64,000 nucleotides of DNA, from IMG/VR virus record IMGVR_UViG_3300047323_000304, positions 1-64,000 of that record, one strand, 5' to 3'. The notes under the pieces were generated by a model. The model saw only the letters and a program-made list of their open reading frames with translations. It was not told where the DNA came from and ran no database searches. Of this stretch, positions 1 to 11,178 are shown piece after piece (the stretch's first letter is position 1; every line of letters begins with the position of its first letter). The DNA is from a virus. Both the position numbers and the translations under genes were made by a program.

Positions 1-2
1 CA

Positions 3-806
3 TATTGTAAACAATGTTGTATAAATATGAGTTTAAACGATAATGGAACATTAAATATAGATAAGTTCAAAAATATGTTATCAAAAGTAGATAGACCGTT
101 TTTATATCAAACATTAACTGATAACTTGAATAAATATCCTCAGAAAATAGAGTCTGCTATAGGTTTTTATTTTAAAGACTTAGGAATGACTCAAAATAGG
201 GGATTGAGATATAAAGATAGTATATTTGAAAATGAAGAGTCAAATAAATTAAGTAGTATAAGTTCAGTAAGTTATAATGTTTCTGATGATGTTATAAGAA
301 AATGGGGACAAAATTATAATTCTGAACAAATTATAAAACTAGAGAATTTTTATAATGATATGCAAAATAGCTATGACGTTAAAACAGCGTCCCACAAAGA
401 CTATTTAAAAAAAATTTCTAAAGTTTCGTTGAAAATGGATGAGGCATTAGATAATGATAATGTAAATGAATTTCAGAAACTATCAGGAGTTTATGATAAC
501 TTAATGAAATCTGCAAAATTTACAGCAGTACAAAGATCAGCAGTTGATGATACTGGTGGCTTTGCAACATTTTGTGAGTTTATAGAAAGTCTTGAAAAAG
601 AAGGCTTTATAGAACCTGCAAAAATTACTGAAGATTATGATATTGTTGAAGCCACAATTGCAGATATGAAGAATTATACAAAAAAATTAGTATTGGGTGA
701 TAGTTCTATATCTACTATTACAACAGAACAATTAAATAAAATAAAAGAAAAACAAGAAGAAACCGATGAAGAATTAGAAGGTGAAAATGATGTCATCGAT
801 AAATAA
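3..806 (+). CDS. Putative terminase small subunit (5'-partial)
   Basis: Frame is open upstream of the ATG at 27 (YCKQCCIN, a CxxC motif), so the gene starts before the window; helical acidic protein overlapping the start of the large terminase. Confidence 0.55.
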   Translation, partial: YCKQCCINMSLNDNGTLNIDKFKNMLSKVDRPFLYQTLTDNLNKYPQKIESAIGFYFKDLGMTQNRGLRYKDSIFENEESNKLSSISSVSYNVSDDVIRKWGQNYNSEQIIKLENFYNDMQNSYDVKTASHKDYLKKISKVSLKMDEALDNDNVNEFQKLSGVYDNLMKSAKFTAVQRSAVDDTGGFATFCEFIESLEKEGFIEPAKITEDYDIVEATIADMKNYTKKLVLGDSSISTITTEQLNKIKEKQEETDEELEGENDVIDK

Positions 807-2556
807 TTTTAAAGCTGAAAAAGACAATAAAAAACAAGGAATTTTAGATATACATAATCCTTCGGGGAATAGTTTTGAAAAAGATGTAAATCCTATGGAG
901 TCAACATTTGAGAGTGTAAAAAATGAATTCGCTAAATATGTAAGTTTATGGAGAGTATGTCCCGATTTATTTATTGATTTTATTACCCCAAAGGATAGTA
1001 AATTTAAGTTATTTTTCTATCAAAGGGTGTTCCTAAGAACTGCAATAAGACATAAATATTTTTATGCAACTTTTACAAGAGCATTTTCAAAGTCGTTTTT
1101 AAGTATATTAATACTATACATAAAACTTATTCTGTACCCTAACATATCTTTATTTATTTGCTCAGGTGGAAAAGGACAAGCTACAAATATTGCTAAAGAA
1201 AAAATAGAAGAGATATGGGAAAAGTTTCCTATACTTAAACGAGAAGTTAAAGATTATCAAGTTTCTAAAGATTATTTAAAAGTCACACTTCAAAATAATA
1301 GTAGGCTTGATATAGTTGCAGTCCGTGAAAGCACACGTGGTGGTCGTAGAAATGCTGGGTTGATTGAGGAGGCAATTTTAGTTGATGGAAAACTTTTAAA
1401 TGAAGTAATAATCCCTTTAATGAATGTTAATAGACGTGCGAAAAATGGAGATGTTGACCCAAATGAACCACATAAACAACAAATTTATGTGACAACAGCA
1501 GGATATAGAAATACATTTGCGTATGATAAGTTAAAACAAATACTAGTTTGGATGTGTACAAAAAACAATGAAGCATTTGTTATGGGTGGCAGTTGGAAAA
1601 TACCAGTATTACATAAATTATTAGACCCAGATTTTGTTGATGAGTTAAAAGAAGACGGTACTTATAATCCTTTATCATTTGACCGTGAATATAATTCTAT
1701 ATGGACAGGGTCTGGTGAAGATAGTTTCTTTAATGAAGATATGATTACGAAAAACAGAACACTTAAAAAATCTGAAGATAAACCTGATTTTAAAGTTACA
1801 GATGATACAAAGTATGAAATTAAATATATTGTATCAACAGATGTAGCTAGAAGTGAAGGAAATCAAAATGCTAATACTGTAGTTACAGTAGGAAAAGTAA
1901 AACAGAATCTTGCAAATGGACATTGTGTAACTAATATAGTCAATATGTTTGTTTTACATGGTGAACATTTTGAAGAGCAAGCTATAAAGATTAAAAAGAT
2001 AGTATTTAAATACAAAGCAGAAATGTGCCCATGCGATTTAAATGGACTTGGTGCAGGATTGGCAGATTATCTAGTAAAAGAAAACATAGATGAAAATGGA
2101 GAAATTTATCCACCTTTTTCAATTGTCAATGATGATAGATTTGATAAATATAAAACAGATGATAGTCTACCTTTATTATATGCAATTAGATCGCAAGGAA
2201 TAGCTGGACAAATTCATGTAAATTGTTTATCTCAAATTTCATCAAATAAAGTTAAGTTTCTAATAGACGAAATGGAAGCGAAATCACAACTTTCAAAAAC
2301 TCAGGTTAAAGATATGAGTGGTAGAGAAATGGGAGAATATTTAGCACCATTTTTAAATACCACATGTTTAAAAGATGAAATGTTAAATCTACGTGCAAAA
2401 CAAACAGGTAAGGATATTATATTGGATAGAATTAATAAAGGAGTTCAAAAGGATAGATTTAGTTCTTTGGAATATCTTTTATGGTATGTAAGACAAATAG
2501 AAGATAATTTTGAAGATGATTCTGATGATGATGAACGTCAATACGTATTCTATTAA
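787..2556 (+). CDS. terL: Terminase large subunit (SPbeta YonF-like)
   Basis: ATPase motifs TRAFSKS, GGRRNAGLIEEA and VTTAG; C-terminal nuclease STDVARS and KDRFSSLEY; position before the portal. Confidence 0.9.
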   Translation: MMSSINNFKAEKDNKKQGILDIHNPSGNSFEKDVNPMESTFESVKNEFAKYVSLWRVCPDLFIDFITPKDSKFKLFFYQRVFLRTAIRHKYFYATFTRAFSKSFLSILILYIKLILYPNISLFICSGGKGQATNIAKEKIEEIWEKFPILKREVKDYQVSKDYLKVTLQNNSRLDIVAVRESTRGGRRNAGLIEEAILVDGKLLNEVIIPLMNVNRRAKNGDVDPNEPHKQQIYVTTAGYRNTFAYDKLKQILVWMCTKNNEAFVMGGSWKIPVLHKLLDPDFVDELKEDGTYNPLSFDREYNSIWTGSGEDSFFNEDMITKNRTLKKSEDKPDFKVTDDTKYEIKYIVSTDVARSEGNQNANTVVTVGKVKQNLANGHCVTNIVNMFVLHGEHFEEQAIKIKKIVFKYKAEMCPCDLNGLGAGLADYLVKENIDENGEIYPPFSIVNDDRFDKYKTDDSLPLLYAIRSQGIAGQIHVNCLSQISSNKVKFLIDEMEAKSQLSKTQVKDMSGREMGEYLAPFLNTTCLKDEMLNLRAKQTGKDIILDRINKGVQKDRFSSLEYLLWYVRQIEDNFEDDSDDDERQYVFY

Positions 2557-2576
2557 ACAAAAAAGGAGGTGTAAAT

Positions 2577-4205
2577 TTGCAACCATCAAATTTAGATAAT
2601 AAACAATCAAAAAATGCTAAAGCTGGCAGACCACAGGGTTCTAAAAACACATTTACAAAAAAACAAGTTGAATCAATGCAGTTACAAATAGATGAACTTC
2701 AAAAACAACATAATTCATACGATGATGTTGTAGATAGTTTTGTTGATGGATTTATATTAGAGTTAACACAAAATATAAAAACGATAAGTATGGACACATT
2801 ACAAAAATGGTTTAGTAATCCAGATGATTATATGAAAGAAATAAATAATCTACTTACGTATTATTATATTATAGATGGTAATATATCTCAACTTTATGAT
2901 CTAATATTCTCATTGCCAGAATTAAATTATAGAATTAAAACTTATAAAAGATTAGATAGTTATGAGAGCGATATGTTAGCTATAAAAATAGCATTAGAAA
3001 GAAATGTAAAACATAAGACATTAACTAGAGAATTACTTGTTCAATTAGCAAATAACGGTTCTGTTTTAGGTACATGGTTAGGGAATAAAAAAGAACCTTA
3101 CTTTAATGTATTTGATGATTTAGATTATATTTATCCTTATGGCAATTATCAAGGTAAAATGGTTGGAGTATTTGATTTATCTTATATAGATACATTAACA
3201 GATTCACAAAAATTAGCTTTATATAATAATTTAAAACCATTAGTAACTTCTACAATATATGATAAATGGAAAAAGGAAACTAATATAACTAAAAAGAATG
3301 AATTACAGTTAATTGTATTACCTCCTGATAGGTCATTAGTTGCTAGAACTAGAGTATTATCACATAATCAAAGATTAGGATTACCACACGGTACTCAAGC
3401 CATATTCGATTTACAACACAAGCAAAAAATGAAAGATTTAGAACGTACTATGGCTGATAAAATTATAAGAGCTATTGCTATAGTTAAGATGAAAGATAAA
3501 GATGATAATGATAATAAAGTAAAAGAAAGCGTACAAAAGAAAGTATTTGATAAAGTAAAAAAAGCTTTAGAAAAAAATACTAGCAGTAATGGTGGTTTAA
3601 CTTGTTTAGCTATGCCATCTTTTGCAGATTTCTCATATCCAGAATTCAAGGGTGCTGATGATATATTAGATTCTGGTAAATATGATAGCGTTAATAATGA
3701 TATTACTATGGGAACTGGTATATCCTCGGTATTAGGAAATGGATCAGGGGGCAATTATAGTTCGGCAAACTTAAATCTTGATATAATTTATAGTAAGATA
3801 GGTGCAATGCTAGAACAAATTGAAGAAATATATAATCAATTAATAGTAATTACATTAGGACAGAACAAAGGATCTAACTATTATTTTGAATATGACAAAC
3901 AAAAATCATTAACAAAAAAAGAAAAATTAGATATTTATAAAGGATTATCAGATAAAGGATTTAGTGTTAGACCAATGATTGAATTGGTTGGTGGAGATTT
4001 TGAAGCATTTATAAATGAAAGTATATACGAAATAGATGTTCTGAAATTAAGAGAGAAAATTATCCCACAATTAACCTCATTTACATCTACTGATACAGAT
4101 TCAAATCAAATTGGACGAACTACAGTAGATAATCCTACTAATGAATCAACAATCACAAGCCAAGAAACTGATGGAAACAAAAACCCAAAACCTAGTACAA
4201 CATAA
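2577..4205 (+). CDS. Portal protein
   Basis: 542 aa directly after terL; AAGGAGG SD with TTG start; size and synteny match SPbeta-like portals. Confidence 0.75.
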   Translation: MQPSNLDNKQSKNAKAGRPQGSKNTFTKKQVESMQLQIDELQKQHNSYDDVVDSFVDGFILELTQNIKTISMDTLQKWFSNPDDYMKEINNLLTYYYIIDGNISQLYDLIFSLPELNYRIKTYKRLDSYESDMLAIKIALERNVKHKTLTRELLVQLANNGSVLGTWLGNKKEPYFNVFDDLDYIYPYGNYQGKMVGVFDLSYIDTLTDSQKLALYNNLKPLVTSTIYDKWKKETNITKKNELQLIVLPPDRSLVARTRVLSHNQRLGLPHGTQAIFDLQHKQKMKDLERTMADKIIRAIAIVKMKDKDDNDNKVKESVQKKVFDKVKKALEKNTSSNGGLTCLAMPSFADFSYPEFKGADDILDSGKYDSVNNDITMGTGISSVLGNGSGGNYSSANLNLDIIYSKIGAMLEQIEEIYNQLIVITLGQNKGSNYYFEYDKQKSLTKKEKLDIYKGLSDKGFSVRPMIELVGGDFEAFINESIYEIDVLKLREKIIPQLTSFTSTDTDSNQIGRTTVDNPTNESTITSQETDGNKNPKPSTT

Positions 4206-4219
4206 AGTAGGTGATAAAT

Positions 4220-4396
4220 TTGAAAATACTAGTTACAAAAAAAGAAGGATTAATTACTATTGCATATGGTAGTAATAGATTACTTATTGATGAAAATAGT
4301 AAAGTATATAAAAAATTAAAGGAATTATCAAAAGAAGATATTAAGATTTGGTATGAAACTAATAGATTTAATAATTTATTAGACTTAAATAATTAA
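4220..4396 (+). CDS. Small hypothetical protein
   Basis: AGGTGA SD then TTG at 4220; 58 aa between portal and protease. Confidence 0.55.
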   Translation: MKILVTKKEGLITIAYGSNRLLIDENSKVYKKLKELSKEDIKIWYETNRFNNLLDLNN

Positions 4397-4471
4397 ATAT
4401 TGAATTAATATAATTATTTATTATATGTATTTTAATATTTAATAGATTATACATTGGAAGGTGGTGATAAA

Positions 4472-6085
4472 TTGGAAGAAAAGAATAAAAAGTTAGGACA
4501 ATTTAAAATGTCTTTGAATTCATTAGAAACAGTCCCAAGTGACCCAACAATTTTAAAAAGTGACATAGTAATATTTGACTTTGAAAAAAGTGGAAATAAT
4601 CAAGTGATTACTAAAGAAGTAGCACTAGATAATATGAAATTTTTAATAGGTAAGAGACTATGTTGTAAATATATTAATAAAGAAGATAATGGTGGAGAAT
4701 TAGATGCTCTGGGAACACATGAACAGTATGAAACTGCTAATAGATCTGGAGATGATGTAATTTATACAGATACTGAAGGTATTGGATTTATAGAAGATGT
4801 TTATATTGGTACATATATAAATGATAATGGGATAGAAAAAGAAGCTGTCATAGGAAAATGTATATTTTGGTGTGATGACCATTATTCAGATATAGTAAAT
4901 TTACTTAAACTATGGATTTCCAATAATATTAAAATTCATTTTTCTGTAGAATATTATTATTTTAATTATTTAATTAACGATGGAGTTGAATACATTCAGA
5001 GTCCAATTTTATTTAATGCTTTAACAGCTTTAAATAGTGAGGATAGGGGTGATGCAATTGAAGTATTGCCAGCATATAATTGTGCAACATTGACAAGCTT
5101 TAATGAATTAAAAGACCAATGGAATAAAGCAGTAAATAGTTTACAATCTAGCGAAAATCTAGGTTCTAATAAATTAAAACAAAATAACAACCAAAAGGAG
5201 GAAATAAAAAAAATGGAAAATATATTTTTAAACGCAATGAAGGCAAATAATCAACTTTCATTTGGAGATATTAGAGATAAAATATATGAATCATTAGCAT
5301 CGGTTATGATAGCTGAAGAATACAACAGTCTTTGGATTGGAATGTATGACGTATATGAAGATTTCTTTATCTATGATACAAGAGAAGGTGATAAGTACGT
5401 AAATTATAAGGTGGTTTATTCTAAAGCTGATGATGATACAATAACAGTGTCTTTGGATAGTAAAGAAAAGGTTGAATTTCAACGTGCTTATGTTTCAGTA
5501 AATGCATTACTAGAACTTGAAACTTCAAAGAATGCGTTAGTTGAATTGCAAGAATCTAAAAATGCTTTAGAAACTGCCACTTCTAAAATTGAAGAATTAA
5601 CACAAGAAAACAAATCTTTAAATGAAAAGGTGGTTGAAAAATCAAGTAACTCTAAAGTAGATACTGAAAAATTTAATGAATTGACTAATAAACTAGTATC
5701 TTTAAATTCATTAGTATCAGAAATGCAACCAATTGTTGAAAAATACAATGCAGAAGTATTTGAAAAATCTTTTAATGATGCAAAAGAGTCTTATAAAAAG
5801 AAATTTACTAGTGTAAATGCTTTGGAAGTATTTGATGAAGAATCAACACAAGAATTAATTAAAGAATCTATTAATTCTGTAAAAGAAAAAGCAGACAAAG
5901 CTAAATATAGTTTAAATGCTTTAATCGTTGAAAGTATTAAACCAATAGAAAAAGATATTGATACAGATGATATTATGTCAAATGTACCTAAAATCAGTAT
6001 TAACCAAGTTATTAAATCAGAAGATACTGAAAAATTGGTTAATATCGAAGAAAATGTCTTATCAAAATATGGACTAAACTATTAA
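4472..6085 (+). CDS. Prohead protease/scaffold fusion (YonD-like)
   Basis: N-terminal protease-like half (LGTHEQ, GFIEDVY, IHFSVEY, FNALTAL) and C-terminal coiled coil; internal SD and in-frame ATG at 5213. Confidence 0.7.
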   Translation: MEEKNKKLGQFKMSLNSLETVPSDPTILKSDIVIFDFEKSGNNQVITKEVALDNMKFLIGKRLCCKYINKEDNGGELDALGTHEQYETANRSGDDVIYTDTEGIGFIEDVYIGTYINDNGIEKEAVIGKCIFWCDDHYSDIVNLLKLWISNNIKIHFSVEYYYFNYLINDGVEYIQSPILFNALTALNSEDRGDAIEVLPAYNCATLTSFNELKDQWNKAVNSLQSSENLGSNKLKQNNNQKEEIKKMENIFLNAMKANNQLSFGDIRDKIYESLASVMIAEEYNSLWIGMYDVYEDFFIYDTREGDKYVNYKVVYSKADDDTITVSLDSKEKVEFQRAYVSVNALLELETSKNALVELQESKNALETATSKIEELTQENKSLNEKVVEKSSNSKVDTEKFNELTNKLVSLNSLVSEMQPIVEKYNAEVFEKSFNDAKESYKKKFTSVNALEVFDEESTQELIKESINSVKEKADKAKYSLNALIVESIKPIEKDIDTDDIMSNVPKISINQVIKSEDTEKLVNIEENVLSKYGLNY

Positions 6086-6104
6086 TAATATAAAATAAAT
6101 ATAA

Positions 6105-6290
6105 GTGAGGTATAAGTTAATGGATAAATTTTATTGTTATTCACCTAAATTAAAAAATGAATTAAAAGAATTAGGTTATAAATGGATTGATACTGGAAAA
6201 CATCATGTAACTAATAGAGTATATTGGGTATATGAAATTGTACCAGAGTTAAAACAATATCTAGTTGAAAGAAGAGATAGAAAGAAATAA
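6105..6290 (+). CDS. Small DUF5659-like protein
   Basis: FYCYSPKLKNELKELG..IDTGKHHVTNRVYWVY pattern; resembles the protein at 46582. Confidence 0.5.
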   Translation: MRYKLMDKFYCYSPKLKNELKELGYKWIDTGKHHVTNRVYWVYEIVPELKQYLVERRDRKK

Positions 6291-6352
6291 TCTATCTCTT
6301 TTATTATGCAATAAATTATAAGTTGAATTTTATAAGTTAAAGGAGATAATAA

Positions 6353-7165
6353 GTGATGAAAATAGGAAATTTAGAAGTATATGGAGTCATATACAAAATA
6401 ACAAACATTATTAATGGTAAAGTTTATATTGGACAAACTATAAATGGATTTGATAGGAGATATGATAATGGTGGCATAGGAATTGAAAGAGTTTATAATT
6501 TTCATAAATGCGCTAAGAAAAATAAAGGACATTTTAATCAACACTTGTTAGGCTCTATTGAAAAATATGGCTTTAATGCATTTGAAGTAACTGAATTACT
6601 AGACATAGCATTTTCAAAAGAAGAATTAAATATTAAAGAAATTTGTTGGATAAAAACTTATAAATCCAACAAATCTAGTTATGGATATAATCAAACTGAT
6701 GGTGGAGACAATTCTTTTCAAGTAACAAGAAAGATTATTTGTTTAAATAATAGAGAAATATTTAATTCTATAACTAATGCAATTAAAGAATATAATACCA
6801 AATCTATGTTATCTCATTTATCAAATCCTAAAAAATATAAATCAGCAGGAAAAGATAAAATAAGTAATGAAAAATTAGTATGGTCTTATTATGAAGATTA
6901 TTTGAATATGTCGGAAAAAGATATAGAAGAAAGAATACTCTTTACTAATACATCAAGAAAATTTTATAAAAAGGGTTCAAGAAAATCACATAAGATAAGA
7001 AAAATAATATGTGTTACAACTAATGAAGAATTTGAGTCGGTATATCTTGCTCAAGTAAAATATAAAATAGGTTCATATATTTTTGAAGCCTTAAAAGATA
7101 TTAATAAATCTTGTGGAAAACATCCAATCACAAACGAACCATTAAAATGGGAATATGTAATTTAA
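6353..7165 (+). CDS. Free-standing GIY-YIG homing endonuclease with NUMOD1-like repeats
   Basis: GVIYKITN..NGKVYIGQT, ELNIKEICWI, GYNQTDGG; two C-terminal IICLNN/IICVTTNEEF repeats. Confidence 0.85.
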   Translation: MMKIGNLEVYGVIYKITNIINGKVYIGQTINGFDRRYDNGGIGIERVYNFHKCAKKNKGHFNQHLLGSIEKYGFNAFEVTELLDIAFSKEELNIKEICWIKTYKSNKSSYGYNQTDGGDNSFQVTRKIICLNNREIFNSITNAIKEYNTKSMLSHLSNPKKYKSAGKDKISNEKLVWSYYEDYLNMSEKDIEERILFTNTSRKFYKKGSRKSHKIRKIICVTTNEEFESVYLAQVKYKIGSYIFEALKDINKSCGKHPITNEPLKWEYVI

Positions 7166-7261
7166 ATATTTGTTAATTGAAATGATATACATTAATAAAT
7201 ATTAAATAAATAAATTAAAGAAAATAATAATTAATTTTTATAATAAAAGGAGACGATTTTT

Positions 7262-7783
7262 ATGGCTACACAATTACGTAAAGCATTATTTACACCAGGA
7301 ACACATGCAGTATCAGAAATCAATACAATTTGGGCTAAACCAGTAGCAAATGGTGCTATTCTAACAGGTTCAAATATGGACAATGGAGGATTAGTAGAAT
7401 TTGCAGGAAGAGATGCTAATGGAAATAGACAATGCAAACCATTTGATGGAACAGGAGAATATTTTATATTACAAACTCATGTTGAAGATCAATTACTAGT
7501 TGATATGGGAGAGACAGATTACAAAAACTTTTTCAATGAAATCGGAGAACCTGTAAGACTAGTTAGAGTAGAAAAAGGAGTAAATCAAGAATTATCAGGA
7601 TACACAGTTAAAGGTGGAGTTACTCTAGCTTTAGACTTACCTGTAATTTGGGATGCTACTAATAAAGTATTCCAAGTAATAGATACTATAACAACTGAAA
7701 CTCAAATAGCGACTGTAGTAGGATTAGACACTGACTTTGGTTACAATGCTGGTGCAACTACTATCAGAATCGAATACAAATAA
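7262..7783 (+). CDS. Head decoration / capsid-associated protein
   Basis: 173 aa with strong SD, immediately before the capsid gene; synteny only. Confidence 0.55.
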   Translation: MATQLRKALFTPGTHAVSEINTIWAKPVANGAILTGSNMDNGGLVEFAGRDANGNRQCKPFDGTGEYFILQTHVEDQLLVDMGETDYKNFFNEIGEPVRLVRVEKGVNQELSGYTVKGGVTLALDLPVIWDATNKVFQVIDTITTETQIATVVGLDTDFGYNAGATTIRIEYK

Positions 7784-7817
7784 TAAATAAATTATAAAAA
7801 GAAAGGATGATAATAAA

Positions 7818-8879
7818 ATGGAATTAAATAAAGAATTCTTACAATTAGGTAAAAGAGTATATAACAACAAAACATCAGTAAACGCAGAAGGAATAAATGA
7901 GGACGAAAATGTAATAATTGAATTAGTTAATAAAGCTTATAATTCAAATGCTACTATAAATAACATTCAAGCCTATAGAGATCTAAATCAATTAATCGTG
8001 ACTACTGCTGAACAATTACAAGTAGTAGATAGACAAAGATATATCGACTTAGTTTCTGACTATAAGAAAGTTGGTTCTAACGATATAATGCAATATAACG
8101 TAGCGGATAAAGTAGCTAAAGTTACTACTGCTGTAACTGCTACTGGTACAGGAGTAAACTTTACTAAAGTACCATCTTTCACAAGCAAAGTTTATGCTAC
8201 ACCATTTAAACATCAATTTGGTATTAAGTATTCTGTTTCAGATATGCTTTCAAATCCAATTAACCAATTTCGAAATGCTGTAAATTTAGTTAATGAAGAA
8301 AAGACTAGATATATATTATCACAAATATTCGTTGCAGTAAGAGAAGCTTCTGCAAATTCTAAGATACCTACAAAACAAAAATATAGTGGTGCAGGTATTA
8401 CTTTTTCAGGATTTAAAGGAATTGAAAGTTCTTTATTAAGATACGGTAGAAATATTAAACCTGTTATGATAGCTGACACTGCTTTTATAGGTTCTTTAGC
8501 AGACAAACAAGCTAGTGTTACAGTAACAGGAATGACTAATGTTCCTTTATATTTAACAGATGCTATGAAAGAATCATTATTAAGAGATGCAACTATAGAA
8601 CAAATTTCTAAAACACTTGCTATTTCTATAGATAATCCTTATACAGATAACATGAATTCAAAAGTAGATTTACCAGTTGATGAAGCAATTTTAATTGCTG
8701 GTGGTTCTGCTAGTCCATTAAAAGTTACAGAATTTGGAGATATGGCTTTACTTTCAGATACTATGCAAGAACATATCGAAAACGAAGAAGTATTTATGAA
8801 AATATCTTATAAAGTAGATATAACTTTATTATTAAATAGAGCTATTGGTTACATAAAAGATACTTCTGTAGTTCTTTAA
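7818..8879 (+). CDS. Major capsid protein
   Basis: 353 aa after scaffold and decoration genes, followed by a strong terminator; synteny with SPbeta-like head operons. Confidence 0.75.
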   Translation: MELNKEFLQLGKRVYNNKTSVNAEGINEDENVIIELVNKAYNSNATINNIQAYRDLNQLIVTTAEQLQVVDRQRYIDLVSDYKKVGSNDIMQYNVADKVAKVTTAVTATGTGVNFTKVPSFTSKVYATPFKHQFGIKYSVSDMLSNPINQFRNAVNLVNEEKTRYILSQIFVAVREASANSKIPTKQKYSGAGITFSGFKGIESSLLRYGRNIKPVMIADTAFIGSLADKQASVTVTGMTNVPLYLTDAMKESLLRDATIEQISKTLAISIDNPYTDNMNSKVDLPVDEAILIAGGSASPLKVTEFGDMALLSDTMQEHIENEEVFMKISYKVDITLLLNRAIGYIKDTSVVL

Positions 8880-8890
8880 TCAATATAATT

Positions 8891-8920
8891 AGGACTTCTT
8901 TAATTAGAAGTCCTTTATTT
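8891..8920 (+). terminator. Intrinsic terminator after the capsid gene
   Basis: AGGACTTCT/AGAAGTCCT 9-bp stem plus T tract. Confidence 0.8.
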
Positions 8921-8951
8921 TAATAATTTATAAATTAAGGAGAGAAAAATA

Positions 8952-9494
8952 ATGAGAAAAAATACAGTAACATTAGTAAGAAAACAAGCTGATACATTTG
9001 AGGTAAATTATCCTTTTGCATTACCAGAAGGGAAATTAACACATTTTGACTGGACGGGAACTAAAGGGAGTATTATAAGCAAAAGAGATGTTCCAGTAGA
9101 AGTGTTTCAATGGTTAAAAGATAGTACAACTACCTTTACATCAGGACAATTAATGGTTGAAGAACAAGGTAATGAAGATTTAGAAGAAGATGTTAAATAT
9201 TTAGTAGAAGATGTTGAAGAAAAACAATTAGAAATAAAAGATGCTATAAAAACTAAAGATGAAATACAAGCAATGTTAACAACAGGAAATCAACTTGTAT
9301 TAAAGAAAGCTTTAAATGATTTAGTCAAAGATATTACAGATGACGTACAAGTAAAAGAAGTAAAAGCTTATATATATAGAACTGCAATTGATATCGGTAT
9401 AGATTCCAACGCAAAAAGAAAAGTAGTTTGTGAATGGTATGGATTATCGGATTATGAAAATTGTGGTTATATTTTTGATGAAGAAACTAAATAA
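8952..9494 (+). CDS. Virion morphogenesis hypothetical protein
   Basis: 180 aa with SD, directly after the capsid gene. Confidence 0.5.
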   Translation: MRKNTVTLVRKQADTFEVNYPFALPEGKLTHFDWTGTKGSIISKRDVPVEVFQWLKDSTTTFTSGQLMVEEQGNEDLEEDVKYLVEDVEEKQLEIKDAIKTKDEIQAMLTTGNQLVLKKALNDLVKDITDDVQVKEVKAYIYRTAIDIGIDSNAKRKVVCEWYGLSDYENCGYIFDEETK

Positions 9495-9517
9495 AATATA
9501 GAAAGGTGTGAGATATT

Positions 9518-9934
9518 ATGGCAGTTACAAGTTATGATACTATATGGGAAACCTTTCGAGATATCTCAGGATTAGATGATGATTTACTACCTTCTGATGA
9601 ACAAGGAATATATATAGAAATTCATAATGCAGTAAGAAAATATAATATCAAGACCGATGATAGTGAAGAAAAGTTAACTTATTCAGATACAACAGAAGAT
9701 TTGAGTAAGTCTTTAGATGATAATAGATTACAATTACTCGCATTATTTATTAAACAAAATATATTAGAAAGTAAATTAGAATATTTTGAACAAATATATC
9801 AATATGATTTAAAAGAAGTTAAGAGTAAATTCTTTAAAGATCAAGTTTCTACTAGACAATCCACTATAGAAAAAGTAGAAAAAGAGATATTGGAAATATT
9901 GAGTTACATGGATGACCATGATTTAAATGACTAA
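9518..9934 (+). CDS. Putative head-tail adaptor
   Basis: 138 aa acidic helical protein in the neck position. Confidence 0.5.
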   Translation: MAVTSYDTIWETFRDISGLDDDLLPSDEQGIYIEIHNAVRKYNIKTDDSEEKLTYSDTTEDLSKSLDDNRLQLLALFIKQNILESKLEYFEQIYQYDLKEVKSKFFKDQVSTRQSTIEKVEKEILEILSYMDDHDLND

Positions 9935-11178
9935 TGAAAGATTTTAGTAATTATAAAAAACATGTTCAGATTGATATGAAGGATTATAGTGGTAAATTTC
10001 ATTTTAACGAACAGTTAAAACAAGAAGGTACAGATATTGAAATAAATGAAAAAAGTAGCCAAACAATAGATAATGTAGATACTGTTATTAGAGCAATAGT
10101 TAGAAATCATGGTAACGAATATAATGAATCAAAAGAAGAACGTTCTGTAATGATTGATAAGAAATATGACTATAAAACAGGAGATTATGTTGAATATTTA
10201 GGGGATATATATTTAACGAATACTTTTGTTGATAAAGATAATCCGTTTTTTAATACTGCTAAAACGACTAGATGTAATTACATTTTGAAATGGATGATAG
10301 ATGGTGTTCTTTATGAAATGCCAGCAATTGTAACTAATAATACCAAATATACGTTAGGAATAAAAAATTTGACCAGTGGATTTACTGAAGCCGATGGTAT
10401 GTTTGGGGCTATAGTTGGTTATAATGATATAGCTAAAAATATACCTTTGGGCAAAAGATTTATAGTAAATGGACAGGCTTGGGAAGCTACTCAATTAGAT
10501 CATTCTAGTGTACCAAATGTATTGGCTATATTGCTAGGAGAAACTAGTAAAGTAAGTGAAAATGACAATTTAGAACTTGAAATTGCTGATTTCTACCAAC
10601 ATAAATACACAATCACATTAAATTCAACATCGAAATCAGTTGTTGAAGGTGGTACTTATCAGATTTCTACAGTGGTTAAAGATGATGGAAAAGAAGTTAG
10701 TAGTTCTAATGTTACTTATAAATCATCAAACGAAATTATTGCAACAGTTGATAATAAAGGTTTAATTACAGCTTTTAAAACTGGTACAACAATTATCACG
10801 TGCAGTATAGGTGAAGTAAAATGTGATTTATCATTAAGTGTAATTACTAAGACTACAATACCTGTGATAAATTATACTACAAGCTGGACAAATAATAATG
10901 GTAGTGTATTGAAGTTAATGAGTTCAACTACAGTCAATTGTGTTAAAACAGTTGATGGTATAGGTGATAACTCTTTGGTTGTAAATTATACATTAGATAG
11001 TGTTGCAAGTAATTTAGTGGCACAAAAGAAATTAACTATTACAAAGGTTAATGATACAAGTTATACAATTAAAAATACTAATACATCTGTTGTTACTGAT
11101 ATTAGTATCACATTTACTGATAGTGTTACCGGAACAGTTATTGAAACAAAAGTAATACAATTGAAGGGGGTATCTTAG
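9934..11178 (+). CDS. Putative head-closure protein with Ig-like (Big_2) domain
   Basis: Translationally coupled to the previous gene; VTYKSSNEIIATVDNKGLITAFKTGTTIITCS is a Big_2 signature. Confidence 0.65.
   Translation: MKDFSNYKKHVQIDMKDYSGKFHFNEQLKQEGTDIEINEKSSQTIDNVDTVIRAIVRNHGNEYNESKEERSVMIDKKYDYKTGDYVEYLGDIYLTNTFVDKDNPFFNTAKTTRCNYILKWMIDGVLYEMPAIVTNNTKYTLGIKNLTSGFTEADGMFGAIVGYNDIAKNIPLGKRFIVNGQAWEATQLDHSSVPNVLAILLGETSKVSENDNLELEIADFYQHKYTITLNSTSKSVVEGGTYQISTVVKDDGKEVSSSNVTYKSSNEIIATVDNKGLITAFKTGTTIITCSIGEVKCDLSLSVITKTTIPVINYTTSWTNNNGSVLKLMSSTTVNCVKTVDGIGDNSLVVNYTLDSVASNLVAQKKLTITKVNDTSYTIKNTNTSVVTDISITFTDSVTGTVIETKVIQLKGVS

Noticed and set aside
6353-7165. Group I intron carrying the GIY-YIG gene
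   Set aside because: The flanking genes have their own starts and stops and no intron core was seen; treated as free-standing
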